Origin: Bacteroidales bacterium
GTDB lineage: Bacteria > Bacteroidota > Bacteroidia > Bacteroidales > VadinHA17
Direction of reading: 5' to 3'
DNA: 64,000 bases
Assembly: GCA_038252165.1 (NCBI GenBank)
Contig: JBBSAP010000001.1
Coordinates: 129,530 to 193,529, forward strand
Made by a program: the position numbers and the translations under genes. The notes under the pieces were generated by a model that saw only the letters and a program-made list of their open reading frames with translations, made no database searches and was not told the origin of the DNA. Of the stretch, positions 17,568 through 26,230 are shown piece after piece; positions within the stretch are counted from its first letter, which is position 1; each line of letters starts with the position of its first letter.

Positions 17568-18905
17568 TCAGATCACCCCCATATCCAGCATTGAATTTGC
17601 TACCTTAAGAAATCCTGCAATATTGGCACCTTTTACATAATCCATTGTACCGTCAGCCCTCTGGCCATGCTTAAGGCACTGCTCATGGATATTGATCATT
17701 ATTTCATGCAGACGATGGTCAACTTCAACGCTGTTCCATCTTAATTTCATTGAGTTCTGAGTCATCTCCAGACCTGAAGTTGCTACGCCGCCGGCATTGA
17801 CAGCTTTACCTGGAGCAAACAAGGTATGCTGTTTATTGAACTCCTCCACAGCTTCGGGAGTACATCCCATATTCGATATTTCAGCTACCAGAATAACTCC
17901 GTTTTCTATCAGTTTCCTGGCATCTTCCCCGTTAAGCTCATTCTGGGTAGCGCAGGGTAAGGCTATATCAACCTTAACTTCCCACGGACGCTTGCCTTCG
18001 TGAAATTCAACTCCTTCAAAAACATAGGAATATGGTTTTACTATATCCTGGTTGGATGCTCTCAGTTCAAGCATATATTCAATTTTTTTCCCGGAAATTC
18101 CTTCAGGATCATAAACATAACCATCAGGACCTGAGATGGTCACTACTTTGGCTCCAAGCTCGGTAGCTTTGAGGGCAGCACCCCAGGCCACGTTTCCGAA
18201 TCCGGAAATTGAGATTGTCTTTCCGGCAAGCGTTTCCATTTTTGTTTTGAGCATTTCCTGGGCAAAATAAATACCTCCGAACCCTGTTGCTTCAGGTCTT
18301 ACAAGTGAACCACCCCAGTTGCTTCCCTTGCCTGTGAGAACTCCGGTATGGTCGCCTTTCAGCTTCTTGTACATTCCATATAAGAATCCTATTTCACGAC
18401 CTCCAACACCTATGTCACCTGCAGGAACGTCAGTCTCAGGACCGATATATTTCCAGAGTTCGAGCATAAAGGACTGGCAGAACCTCATTACCTCCGCATT
18501 CGATTTTCCCTTTGGATCAAAATCCGATCCGCCTTTACCTCCTCCCATAGGGAGAGTTGTAAGTGCATTCTTAAAGATCTGTTCGAAGCCCAGGAATTTA
18601 AGAATTGAAAGGTTAACGCTCGGGTGAAAACGCAATCCGCCTTTATAAGGACCTATTGCATTATTGAATTGTATTCTGTAGCCAAGATTGACTTTTACAT
18701 TGCCCTCATCATCTACCCATGGTATCTTAAAAGTTAATACCCGGTCAGGCTCGACAATTCGCTCGATAATATTTGCTGATTCAAACTGAGGATTCTCATT
18801 GTAAACCTCTTCAATCGATTCAAGCACTTCCCTTACTGCCTGTAAATACTCAACCTCCCCCGGATGTTTCTTCTCGAGGTTGTTCATGATTTTATCCACA
18901 TTCAT
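17568..18905 (-). CDS. glutamate dehydrogenase, probable NAD(H)-type paralogue
   Basis: 445 aa with the same catalytic motif ([18 protein letters not shown]). The dinucleotide-fold motif is ISGFGNVAWGAALKATELGAKVVTISGPDGYVYDPEGI. From memory this matches the clostridial NAD-specific enzymes rather than E. coli GdhA. Confidence 0.85.
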   Translation of the reverse strand: MNVDKIMNNLEKKHPGEVEYLQAVREVLESIEEVYNENPQFESANIIERIVEPDRVLTFKIPWVDDEGNVKVNLGYRIQFNNAIGPYKGGLRFHPSVNLSILKFLGFEQIFKNALTTLPMGGGKGGSDFDPKGKSNAEVMRFCQSFMLELWKYIGPETDVPAGDIGVGGREIGFLYGMYKKLKGDHTGVLTGKGSNWGGSLVRPEATGFGGIYFAQEMLKTKMETLAGKTISISGFGNVAWGAALKATELGAKVVTISGPDGYVYDPEGISGKKIEYMLELRASNQDIVKPYSYVFEGVEFHEGKRPWEVKVDIALPCATQNELNGEDARKLIENGVILVAEISNMGCTPEAVEEFNKQHTLFAPGKAVNAGGVATSGLEMTQNSMKLRWNSVEVDHRLHEIMINIHEQCLKHGQRADGTMDYVKGANIAGFLKVANSMLDMGVI

Positions 18906-18991
18906 AGTATTGTGTATTTTGGTTAATGTTTCTTAATTTATGCTGTCAAAGTTGGTCTCTACTTTATTCATTAAAAATGATTTAACTCATG

Positions 18992-19492
18992 TTAAACGGT
19001 CTTTTTCCCTTTGACTCTCGGAGCATATGAATTTAATGATTCGAGTATGCTGTCTTTTTCCTGACGCTTCAAAGCACTGATAAAAACAGGCGGATATTTT
19101 GCAATACCCTCTTTCATCCTCTGGTACAAGGTTATGCTCTGTACCAGGCCAAAGAATTTATTATCATAAGTAAAACCCGAAAAGGTTTTTTTCCCTATTT
19201 CGACCGAATTCTTTTTCCCTTCAAATAAACCTACTGAATAATACCTGAATATGATTGTGTCCCCTTCATCCGAAAAATAAATGTACTGGTAATTCAGCAA
19301 AACAGGAAGTAGCATGATTATCACGAAACAAGCTGTTACAATTAGAGTCCAGGCAGTCCGGCTCATTCCAAGAAAGGGAAATTTTATTATTACGGCGGCA
19401 AAAGCCAGCACCAGAAGCACAAGATATACGATTGTTGATGTGCGCCGTAAGATCTTTAAATTAATAACTGATTTGCTGTTGTTTATGGTCAT
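18992..19492 (-). CDS. small membrane protein, two TM segments plus a possible bacterial PH-like domain
   Basis: 166 aa. It has hydrophobic stretches IVYLVLLVLAFAAVII and AWTLIVTACFVIIMLLPVLL followed by a soluble ~90-aa domain. No family is assigned with certainty. Confidence 0.5.
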   Translation of the reverse strand: MTINNSKSVINLKILRRTSTIVYLVLLVLAFAAVIIKFPFLGMSRTAWTLIVTACFVIIMLLPVLLNYQYIYFSDEGDTIIFRYYSVGLFEGKKNSVEIGKKTFSGFTYDNKFFGLVQSITLYQRMKEGIAKYPPVFISALKRQEKDSILESLNSYAPRVKGKKTV

Positions 19493-19514
19493 ATTAAGTG
19501 TTTTTTAATTAGGG

Positions 19515-19955
19515 TTAACGTTTTGATCTGAAGAATTTCGTCAATAACCCGCCGCATTCATGAGCGAGGACTCCTGATTTTACGGTAGTTTTTGGATGAA
19601 GTAAATAGCCCGCAAAAAGCGTATATCCCTTTTTTATATCACCGGCACCATAGACCAGTCGTCCGGCCTGGCTCCATCCGAGGGCTCCGGCACACATGGC
19701 ACATGGCTCAATGGTTACATACACGGTGCAATCTGTGAGGTATTTCCCACCAAGCCATCCTGTGGCAGCTGTTATTGCCTGCATCTCAGCGTGAGCCGTA
19801 GGATCGTTCAGGGTTTCTGTAAGATTATGTGCCCTGCCAACTATGGTGTCGTTGTATACTACCACAGCGCCAATAGGAACCTCTTGTTTATCAAGAGCTT
19901 TCATAGCTTCATTAAGTGCAGCACGCATGAAATGTTCATCCCTGTTCTCGGGCAT
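19515..19955 (-). CDS. tadA: tRNA adenosine(34) deaminase
   Basis: 146 aa with CDA zinc motifs HAEMQAI and PCAMCAGAL. Confidence 0.9.
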   Translation of the reverse strand: MPENRDEHFMRAALNEAMKALDKQEVPIGAVVVYNDTIVGRAHNLTETLNDPTAHAEMQAITAATGWLGGKYLTDCTVYVTIEPCAMCAGALGWSQAGRLVYGAGDIKKGYTLFAGYLLHPKTTVKSGVLAHECGGLLTKFFRSKR

Positions 19956-20002
19956 CAGGTAGAAGAATATTGTCTAAAATTAAGAAGAATTATTGAATCT
20001 GA

Positions 20003-20076
20003 GACCCCCTTTCATATTCCCCAAAGGTAAAAGTAAAAATATAGCTCCTTCCCCCAGGAGAAGGTCAGGTGGGAGA
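20003..20076 (+). repeat. C5/G5 nested-hairpin element, decayed copy D
   Basis: GACCCCCTTTCATATTCCCCAAAGG ... CTCCTTCCCCCAGGAGAAGGTCAGGTGGGAG is collinear with copies A and B, but both inner hairpins are broken by substitutions. Confidence 0.5.
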
Positions 20077-20091
20077 TAAGCTGATTTTTCT

Positions 20092-20099
20092 TATTTTTG
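20092..20099 (+). promoter_or_regulatory. candidate -7 box for aspS
   Basis: TATTTTTG (TAnnTTTG), 21 nt upstream of ATG 20120. Confidence 0.4.
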
Positions 20100-20119
20100 C
20101 TGAAATCAAAAAAAAAGAA

Positions 20120-21874
20120 ATGTACAGGACAAATACTTGCGGGGAGCTCAGTCTCAGTGATGAAGGGAAAAGAGTTACCCTTTGCGGATGGGTACAGAAA
20201 TCGAGAGATATGGGAGGGATGACATTTGTGGATATTCGCGACAGGTATGGCATTACGCAGCTTGTATTTAACCTTGAAACAAACAGGGAGCTGTGCGAAA
20301 AAGCAAGGAAGCTCGGTCGTGAATTTGTTGTCCAGGCCAAAGGGAAAGTCAGGGAACGGAGCAATAAAAATCCAAGAATGGCCACAGGTGAAATAGAGAT
20401 AGATGCAGATGAGCTGAACATCCTTAATCGCAGTGAGATACCTCCATTTACAATTGAAGAGGATACTGACGGAGGTGAAGAGCTCAGGATGAAATACCGT
20501 TATCTCGACCTTCGAAGGAATAGCATCAAGAACAATATAATTCTCAGGCACAAGGTTGCACAGGAGGTCCGTGCTTACATGGACTCCATTGGTTTTGTGG
20601 AGGTTGAGACTCCCCTTCTCATCAAATCAACTCCCGAAGGAGCCCGCGACTTTGTTGTTCCTTCAAGGATGCATCCTGGTACATTCTACGCATTACCACA
20701 GTCACCTCAGACACTTAAGCAGCTTCTTATGGTGGCCGGGTTCGACAGATATTTTCAGTTAGTTAAATGCTTCAGGGACGAAGACCTGAGGGCAGACAGA
20801 CAGCCTGAATTTTCACAGATCGACTGCGAAATGTCGTTTGTTGAAAGAGATGATATACTGGATACTTTCGAGGGACTGGCAAAATACCTGTTTCTGAGGG
20901 TCAGGGGAATAGAATTCACTGAGCCATTCCTCAGGTTGTCGTACAGTGAAGCCATTGGGTTTTATGGCAGTGATAAGCCTGACCTTCGTTTTGAAATGAA
21001 GATATCTGATCTGACTGAAACAGTGAAAAGTCATGGTTTTGTTGTTTTTGACATTGCTGAATTCGTTGGCGGAATATGTGCTGCCGGCTGTTCGGAATAT
21101 TCAAGAAAGCAGATCGATGAGCTTACTGAATTTGTCAGGAGGCCTCAGATCGGGGCTAAAGGTCTTGTTTACCTCCGGTATAGTACTGACGGATCACTGA
21201 AATCTTCTGCTGATAAGTTCTATTCACCGGAGGAGCTGAAGAAATGGGCTCAACAGGTGAATGCTAAGCCTGGTGATCTGGTACTTATCCTTGCCGGTGA
21301 CAGGAAAAAGACCCTGACAGCCCTTTCAGAATTACGCCTTGAGATGGGGAACAGGCTGAATCTGAGAACGAAAGATAAATTCGTTCCTCTCTGGGTTGTT
21401 GATTTTCCTCTTCTTGAATGGGATGACGAGACATCGCGTTATTATGCAATGCACCATCCCTTCACTTCACCGAAACCTGAAGATATTAACCTCATGGAAA
21501 CTGATCCGGGCAAGGTCAGAGCCAATGCATATGACCTGGTGATAAACGGGGTTGAAATCGGAGGCGGCTCAGTAAGGATCCATGATTCAGATGTTCAGAA
21601 ACGGATGTTTAAAGTGTTGGGATTCACTGATGAAGAGGCAAATGAGCAGTTTGGATTTCTTCTGAACGCATTTAAATACGGGGCTCCCCCCCACGGAGGA
21701 ATTGCATTCGGATTTGACCGCTGGGTTGCCATGTTCGGTGGTCAGGATTCAATCCGCGATTTTATAGCATTCCCGAAAAACAATTCAGGACGCGATGTGA
21801 TGCTTGATTCACCATCGGAAATATCTGCAAAACAGCTCGATGAGCTGAATCTTTTAATAAAAGGGAGGAAATAA
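20120..21874 (+). CDS. aspS: aspartate--tRNA ligase
   Basis: The ORF is open from 20069. ATG 20120 gives [10 protein letters not shown], a typical AspRS N-terminus. Class II motifs are present: [26 protein letters not shown] and [10 protein letters not shown]. Confidence 0.96.
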   Translation: MYRTNTCGELSLSDEGKRVTLCGWVQKSRDMGGMTFVDIRDRYGITQLVFNLETNRELCEKARKLGREFVVQAKGKVRERSNKNPRMATGEIEIDADELNILNRSEIPPFTIEEDTDGGEELRMKYRYLDLRRNSIKNNIILRHKVAQEVRAYMDSIGFVEVETPLLIKSTPEGARDFVVPSRMHPGTFYALPQSPQTLKQLLMVAGFDRYFQLVKCFRDEDLRADRQPEFSQIDCEMSFVERDDILDTFEGLAKYLFLRVRGIEFTEPFLRLSYSEAIGFYGSDKPDLRFEMKISDLTETVKSHGFVVFDIAEFVGGICAAGCSEYSRKQIDELTEFVRRPQIGAKGLVYLRYSTDGSLKSSADKFYSPEELKKWAQQVNAKPGDLVLILAGDRKKTLTALSELRLEMGNRLNLRTKDKFVPLWVVDFPLLEWDDETSRYYAMHHPFTSPKPEDINLMETDPGKVRANAYDLVINGVEIGGGSVRIHDSDVQKRMFKVLGFTDEEANEQFGFLLNAFKYGAPPHGGIAFGFDRWVAMFGGQDSIRDFIAFPKNNSGRDVMLDSPSEISAKQLDELNLLIKGRK

Positions 21875-21905
21875 AGAAAAACAGAAATATAATATTCAGG
21901 GAGTA

Positions 21906-22616
21906 CTATTTGTTGCCACCTGCTCCGACGAGCTTTATCAGAATTACGCCGTTAGCGCCCCTTGATCCATAGATAGATGCGGATGAGCCTTTTAGGATCT
22001 CAATAGATTTAACCGAATACGGTTGAATATCGGCTATTGAATTAACAACCATCCCGTCGACAACGAAAAGTGGTTCGGTGCTAAGCATAAGAGAAGAGGC
22101 TCCCTGTATCCGGATGCTTGTTCCGGACACTTGTACACCCGGCACTTCTCCACGCAGCATATCATAGATAGACCTGTAGGATGCATATTTTGAATTTGTG
22201 CCATCAATTTTACTGACGCTGCCTGTCATACTCTTTTTCTTGACTGAACCGTAGCCTATATCAACTGTCTCATCACCCGGATCAACCTTACCGTCAGGCT
22301 GAGCTGCAACTGAACCTTGAAATGTGAAATTGATGGTTTTCCTTCCGTCAAGAGGTTCCTCCAGAATTCCGTTAGTTATCGTGAAAATCCCAATCTTGGA
22401 ATTGCCCGGAGTTACCTTAATCTTGTAATAACCTTTTGCATTGGTAAAAGTTTCGGTCTTTTCACCGTCAAGCATCACAATGGCATTAGCCACGCTGGCT
22501 TGTGTTCCATCAACCACATGACCTGTTATTGTGACCTTTTTGCCGGCTTTCTGGCCCGATGAAATATTGAAGGAGATCATTACAAGTATAAGACAGAAAA
22601 TTATCCTGGTTCTCAT
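21906..22616 (-). CDS. secreted CarboxypepD_reg-like + TonB-receptor Plug module without a beta-barrel (paralogue 1)
   Basis: 236 aa. Signal peptide, then VTITGHVVDG...GYYKIKV (carboxypeptidase-regulatory-like fold). This is followed by LRGEVPGVQV..IRIQG..PLFVVDG...IEILKGSSASIYGSRGANGVILI, the SusC/TonB-receptor plug signature. The ORF stops right after the plug. Confidence 0.7.
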   Translation of the reverse strand: MRTRIIFCLILVMISFNISSGQKAGKKVTITGHVVDGTQASVANAIVMLDGEKTETFTNAKGYYKIKVTPGNSKIGIFTITNGILEEPLDGRKTINFTFQGSVAAQPDGKVDPGDETVDIGYGSVKKKSMTGSVSKIDGTNSKYASYRSIYDMLRGEVPGVQVSGTSIRIQGASSLMLSTEPLFVVDGMVVNSIADIQPYSVKSIEILKGSSASIYGSRGANGVILIKLVGAGGNK

Positions 22617-22692
22617 TTTAGTGGGTTTTAATTTTAATGCAAGTTATACGTTGTTCCCTTAAAAAATAATTAATTAATGTTAAATGTTGTGT

Positions 22693-23406
22693 TTATTTGT
22701 CATTCCCTCGCAACAGGTTAATGATTATTACTCCATTGGAACCTCTTGAACCATAAATTGCTGCTGAAGATCCTTTAAGGATTGATATCGACCGTACCAT
22801 CTGGGGCTCTATATTATCGATTGTACTTACCGGGACTCCGTCAACAACAAACAAAGGTTCAGTAGTGCCATTTACAGTGGTTGCACTCCTTATCATAATG
22901 CAGGTGCCGTTTACATAAACTCCCGGAACTTCCCCTCTGATCATTTCATAAATGTTATTATAAGATGCATATTTTGATTTAGTTCCTTTTATTTCACCAA
23001 CAGGACTTGTAAGCGTTTTCTTTTTAGCATTTCTATAACCGACCTCAACTACTTCATCATCATTGCCTTTTTTCCCGTTGTACTGATCAGGCACTGAACC
23101 ATTGAATTTAAAATTTATTACGTTCCTCCCATCCAGAGCCTCTTCAATAATTCCGTTGGTGGATGTAAAAACGCCAATTTTAGTATTCTCTTTACTTACC
23201 TTGATTTTATAAAATCCGTCCCTGGTTGTTAAGTAATTAGTTTTTTCTCCATCAATTAAGATAATTGCATTGGCTACCGGAGCATAAGTTCCGTCAACCA
23301 CTTTACCCGTAATTGTGCCTTTCTTGCCGGTTTTCTGTCCTGACAAAATATTGAAAGAGACCATTATCAGTACCAGGCAGAGAAGCATCCTGATTCTCAT
23401 TTTCAT
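22693..23406 (-). CDS. secreted CarboxypepD_reg-like + Plug module without a beta-barrel (paralogue 2)
   Basis: 237 aa, collinear with 21906-22616; roughly half the positions are identical by eye. Same motifs: IRGEVPGVYV, PLFVVDG, ISILKGSSAAIYGSRGSNGVIII. Confidence 0.7.
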   Translation of the reverse strand: MKMRIRMLLCLVLIMVSFNILSGQKTGKKGTITGKVVDGTYAPVANAIILIDGEKTNYLTTRDGFYKIKVSKENTKIGVFTSTNGIIEEALDGRNVINFKFNGSVPDQYNGKKGNDDEVVEVGYRNAKKKTLTSPVGEIKGTKSKYASYNNIYEMIRGEVPGVYVNGTCIMIRSATTVNGTTEPLFVVDGVPVSTIDNIEPQMVRSISILKGSSAAIYGSRGSNGVIIINLLRGNDK

Positions 23407-23455
23407 TGATTCAATTTAAGGCAAGTTACAGTTATTGTTACGATAAATAATTATT

Positions 23456-24778
23456 TTAAATTATATTTCCCAGAAGTGTCGCAGAGGTACTGTTTTCAAT
23501 CTTCACATTGACATATTCCCCTTTTCTCCTGTCATTGCCGGGGAATACAACAACCTTGTTCTGCGAAGTACGCCCCGATAAATGATCCTGCGACCTTTTT
23601 GAGAAATCCTCAATAAGCACTTCAAAAACCCTGCCAACATCCTGATTCTTTGATCGGGTTGAAAGTTTGTTCTGGAGAGAGATTATTTCATTCAGCCTCC
23701 TGGTTTTAATCTCTTCAGGAACGTCATCACTGTATTTCCTTGCCGCCCTGGTGCCAGGTCTTTCACTATACTTGAACATGTAAGCGAAGTCGTATCCTGC
23801 CCACTCCATTAAGGAAAGTGTTTCTTTATGATCATCTTCGGTTTCGGTGCAGAACCCGGTTATTATATCTGTCGAGATTGCACATTCCGGCATGATTTCC
23901 ATGATTGCCCTTATCCGGTCCATATACCATTCGCGGGTATATTCACGGTTCATCAGCCTGAGTATCCTGCTGCTTCCGCTTTGTGCAGGAAGATGGATAT
24001 GCTTGCAGATATTCGGATGCTCTGACATAGTTTGAAGAAGTTCATCAGAAATATCTTTTGGATGTGAAGTTGAAAAACGGATTCTCAGAAGAGGATTCAC
24101 AAGTGCGGCTTTTTCAAGAAGTTCAGGAAATGAAATGACATTATCATGAGCCTTCCAGCTGTAAGAATCCACGTTCTGCCCGAGAAGTGTCACTTCCCTG
24201 TATCCTTTATTCCAGAGATCAATTACTTCATTTAGCACTGATCCGGCATCCCTGCTTCTTTCGGCACCTCTGACATAAGGTACCACGCAATATGCGCACC
24301 TGTTATTGCAACCCCTCATAATGGAAACGAATGAGGTTACTCCGTTTTTATCCATTCTTACCGGGGAAATATCGGCATAAGTCTCTTCACGCGAGAGTAG
24401 TATATTTACTGCTTTGTGGCCCGATTCGGCTTCGGCAATAAGAAAAGGCAGGTCACGGTATGCATCGGGCCCGACAATCATATCGACAAGATGCTCTTTC
24501 TCAATAACTTCTTCTTTAAGCCTTTCAGCCATACAGCCTATAAGCCCGATCACTATGCCGGCATTTTTCCTTTTCAGATGACCGATATCCTTAAGCCTGC
24601 CCCAAATACGCTGCTCAGCATTTTGCCTTATCGAGCAGGTGTTGATGAGTATAAGTCCCGCTTCTTTTATGTCATCGGTGTGTTCATATCCATTAGCTGA
24701 AAGAATAGAAACAACAACCTCGCTGTCAGCGACATTCATCTGGCATCCATAAGTTTCTATATAGACTTTTTTTGACAT
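23456..24778 (-). CDS. miaB: tRNA-2-methylthio-N6-dimethylallyladenosine synthase
   Basis: 440 aa. N-terminal UPF0004 motif (YIETYGCQMN), radical-SAM CxxxCxxC (GCNNRCAYCVVP) and a C-terminal TRAM domain. Confidence 0.9.
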   Translation of the reverse strand: MSKKVYIETYGCQMNVADSEVVVSILSANGYEHTDDIKEAGLILINTCSIRQNAEQRIWGRLKDIGHLKRKNAGIVIGLIGCMAERLKEEVIEKEHLVDMIVGPDAYRDLPFLIAEAESGHKAVNILLSREETYADISPVRMDKNGVTSFVSIMRGCNNRCAYCVVPYVRGAERSRDAGSVLNEVIDLWNKGYREVTLLGQNVDSYSWKAHDNVISFPELLEKAALVNPLLRIRFSTSHPKDISDELLQTMSEHPNICKHIHLPAQSGSSRILRLMNREYTREWYMDRIRAIMEIMPECAISTDIITGFCTETEDDHKETLSLMEWAGYDFAYMFKYSERPGTRAARKYSDDVPEEIKTRRLNEIISLQNKLSTRSKNQDVGRVFEVLIEDFSKRSQDHLSGRTSQNKVVVFPGNDRRKGEYVNVKIENSTSATLLGNII

Positions 24779-24780
24779 TA

Positions 24781-24840
24781 TTATTTAATCCACCCCTCAC
24801 CCCCCGCCGAAGCGGGGCAGGCTCTCCAAGGAGGGGATCT
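24781..24840 (+). repeat. C5/G5 hairpin element, copy E (abuts the miaB start)
   Basis: TTATTTAATC leader (24781-24790). Outer stem CCCCTC (24793-24798) / GAGGGG (24831-24836). Inner hairpin CCCCGC-CGAA-GCGGGG (24802-24817). Confidence 0.6.
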
Positions 24841-24972
24841 TAAGAGGTGCCCTCAGCCTTCCTTTCGTAGCTGGTTAACTTACGTCTTTGGTCTTCGGTC
24901 TCCCATCTTAGAACTTCCATCTTAATTAGGTAACAAAAGTACATAGTATGAATGATGTATTAAAGAAATATT

Positions 24973-24980
24973 TAATTTTG
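24973..24980 (+). promoter_or_regulatory. candidate -7 box for the yebC-family gene
   Basis: TAATTTTG (TAnnTTTG), 26 nt upstream of ATG 25006. Confidence 0.4.
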
Positions 24981-25005
24981 TATCAGAATTAAAATTATCA
25001 ATTAT

Positions 25006-25749
25006 ATGTCAGGTCACAGTAAATGGTCAACCATCAAGAGGAAGAAAGGGGCTAATGACGCCAAAAGAGGAAAGATCTTTACCAAGATCATTAAGGAAAT
25101 CATTATTGCAGCCAAGGATGGCGGGGGTGATCCCGACACTAATTCGAGGCTGAGACTTGCTATCCAGAATGCTAAAGGTGCGAATATGCCAAGGGAGAAT
25201 ATCGACAGGGCAATCAAAAAGGCTGTCGGTGCTGATGCCACCACTTATATCGAAACATCTTTTGAAGGGTATGCTTCCGGTGGCGTTGCAGTTTTCGCGG
25301 AATGTCTTACCGATAACAATAACCGTACAGTTGCATCCATCAGGTCAACCTTTAGCAAGTACGGAGGCAAACTTGGGACAAACGGTTCCTTAAGCTCCCT
25401 TTTCGAGAGGAAGGGAATTTTTACACTGAGAAAAGAAGGATTCTCACAGGACGATATTGAACTTGAGCTTATTGATGCCGGAGCTCAGGATTTTGAGGAT
25501 TATGACGATACACTGACTGTGACATGCGCCAAAGAGGATTTCGGCAGTCTTAACAGGAAACTGAATGAGCTTGGGATTGAACCTGAAGAAGCAGGTCTGA
25601 AAAGGGTTCCTAACAAAACCAAAAGCCTCGATCTTGAATCGGCAAAGAAGGTTATGAAGTTTATAGATTCTCTGGAGGATGATGACGACATTCAGAATGT
25701 GTATCATAACCTTGAGATAACTGACGAGCTTGCCAACGAGCTCGGCTAA
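25006..25749 (+). CDS. YebC/PmpR family DNA-binding regulatory protein
   Basis: 247 aa with the diagnostic N-terminus MSGHSKWSTIKRKKGANDAKRGKIFTK. Confidence 0.92.
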   Translation: MSGHSKWSTIKRKKGANDAKRGKIFTKIIKEIIIAAKDGGGDPDTNSRLRLAIQNAKGANMPRENIDRAIKKAVGADATTYIETSFEGYASGGVAVFAECLTDNNNRTVASIRSTFSKYGGKLGTNGSLSSLFERKGIFTLRKEGFSQDDIELELIDAGAQDFEDYDDTLTVTCAKEDFGSLNRKLNELGIEPEEAGLKRVPNKTKSLDLESAKKVMKFIDSLEDDDDIQNVYHNLEITDELANELG

Positions 25750-26228
25750 TGATTATCAGCATGAAAAAGAAGGTTTTTTTTCTTCTTATTCTTACAATTG
25801 TCACACTTGATATCTGTCTGGCGCAGAACAGAAAATCGACTGCAGAAATAATGAGCAGACGGAATGCCGGACATAATGCCGGCCAGCTTAATATTTATCA
25901 GGATCCAGGTATAGACACACTGATTGGAAGATACATTCTATATAACCTTAGGCTGAACGGGCTGGAAGGCTACAGGATTCAGATATACAACAGTTCAAAT
26001 AAAAATGCCAGGGAAGAATCAGGCAAGGTAAGAGCCGAATTCATGAGCAGATTTCCCGATATTGTTTCATATGCATCTTTCGACAAACCAAGTTATTATA
26101 AAATTCGAGCCGGGAACTACAGGACCAGGATCGAAGGTATCAGATACCTTCTGATGATACGAAAGGCTTTTCCGGATGCTATCCTGGTACCAGCCATTAT
26201 TAACTTTCCGGACAGGAATACAAATTAG
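25749..26228 (+). CDS. SPOR domain-containing protein
   Basis: 159 aa. Signal/anchor, then GYRIQIYNSSNKNAREESGKVRAEFMSRFPD...YYKIRAGNY, a SPOR-like pattern. Its start overlaps the preceding stop (TAATG); an alternative start is at 25761. Confidence 0.7.
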   Translation: MIISMKKKVFFLLILTIVTLDICLAQNRKSTAEIMSRRNAGHNAGQLNIYQDPGIDTLIGRYILYNLRLNGLEGYRIQIYNSSNKNAREESGKVRAEFMSRFPDIVSYASFDKPSYYKIRAGNYRTRIEGIRYLLMIRKAFPDAILVPAIINFPDRNTN

Positions 26229-26230
26229 CC

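Noticed and set aside
20012-20551. Long antisense ORFs inside well-supported genes: 20012-20551, 36711-37142, 39111-39599, 40998-41654, 42951-43502, and many 60-140-aa ORFs in the track.
   Set aside because: They are shadow ORFs opposite aspS, mraY/murD, ftsW, murC and ftsA. They have low-complexity or Cys/Ser/Pro-rich odd composition and no motifs.
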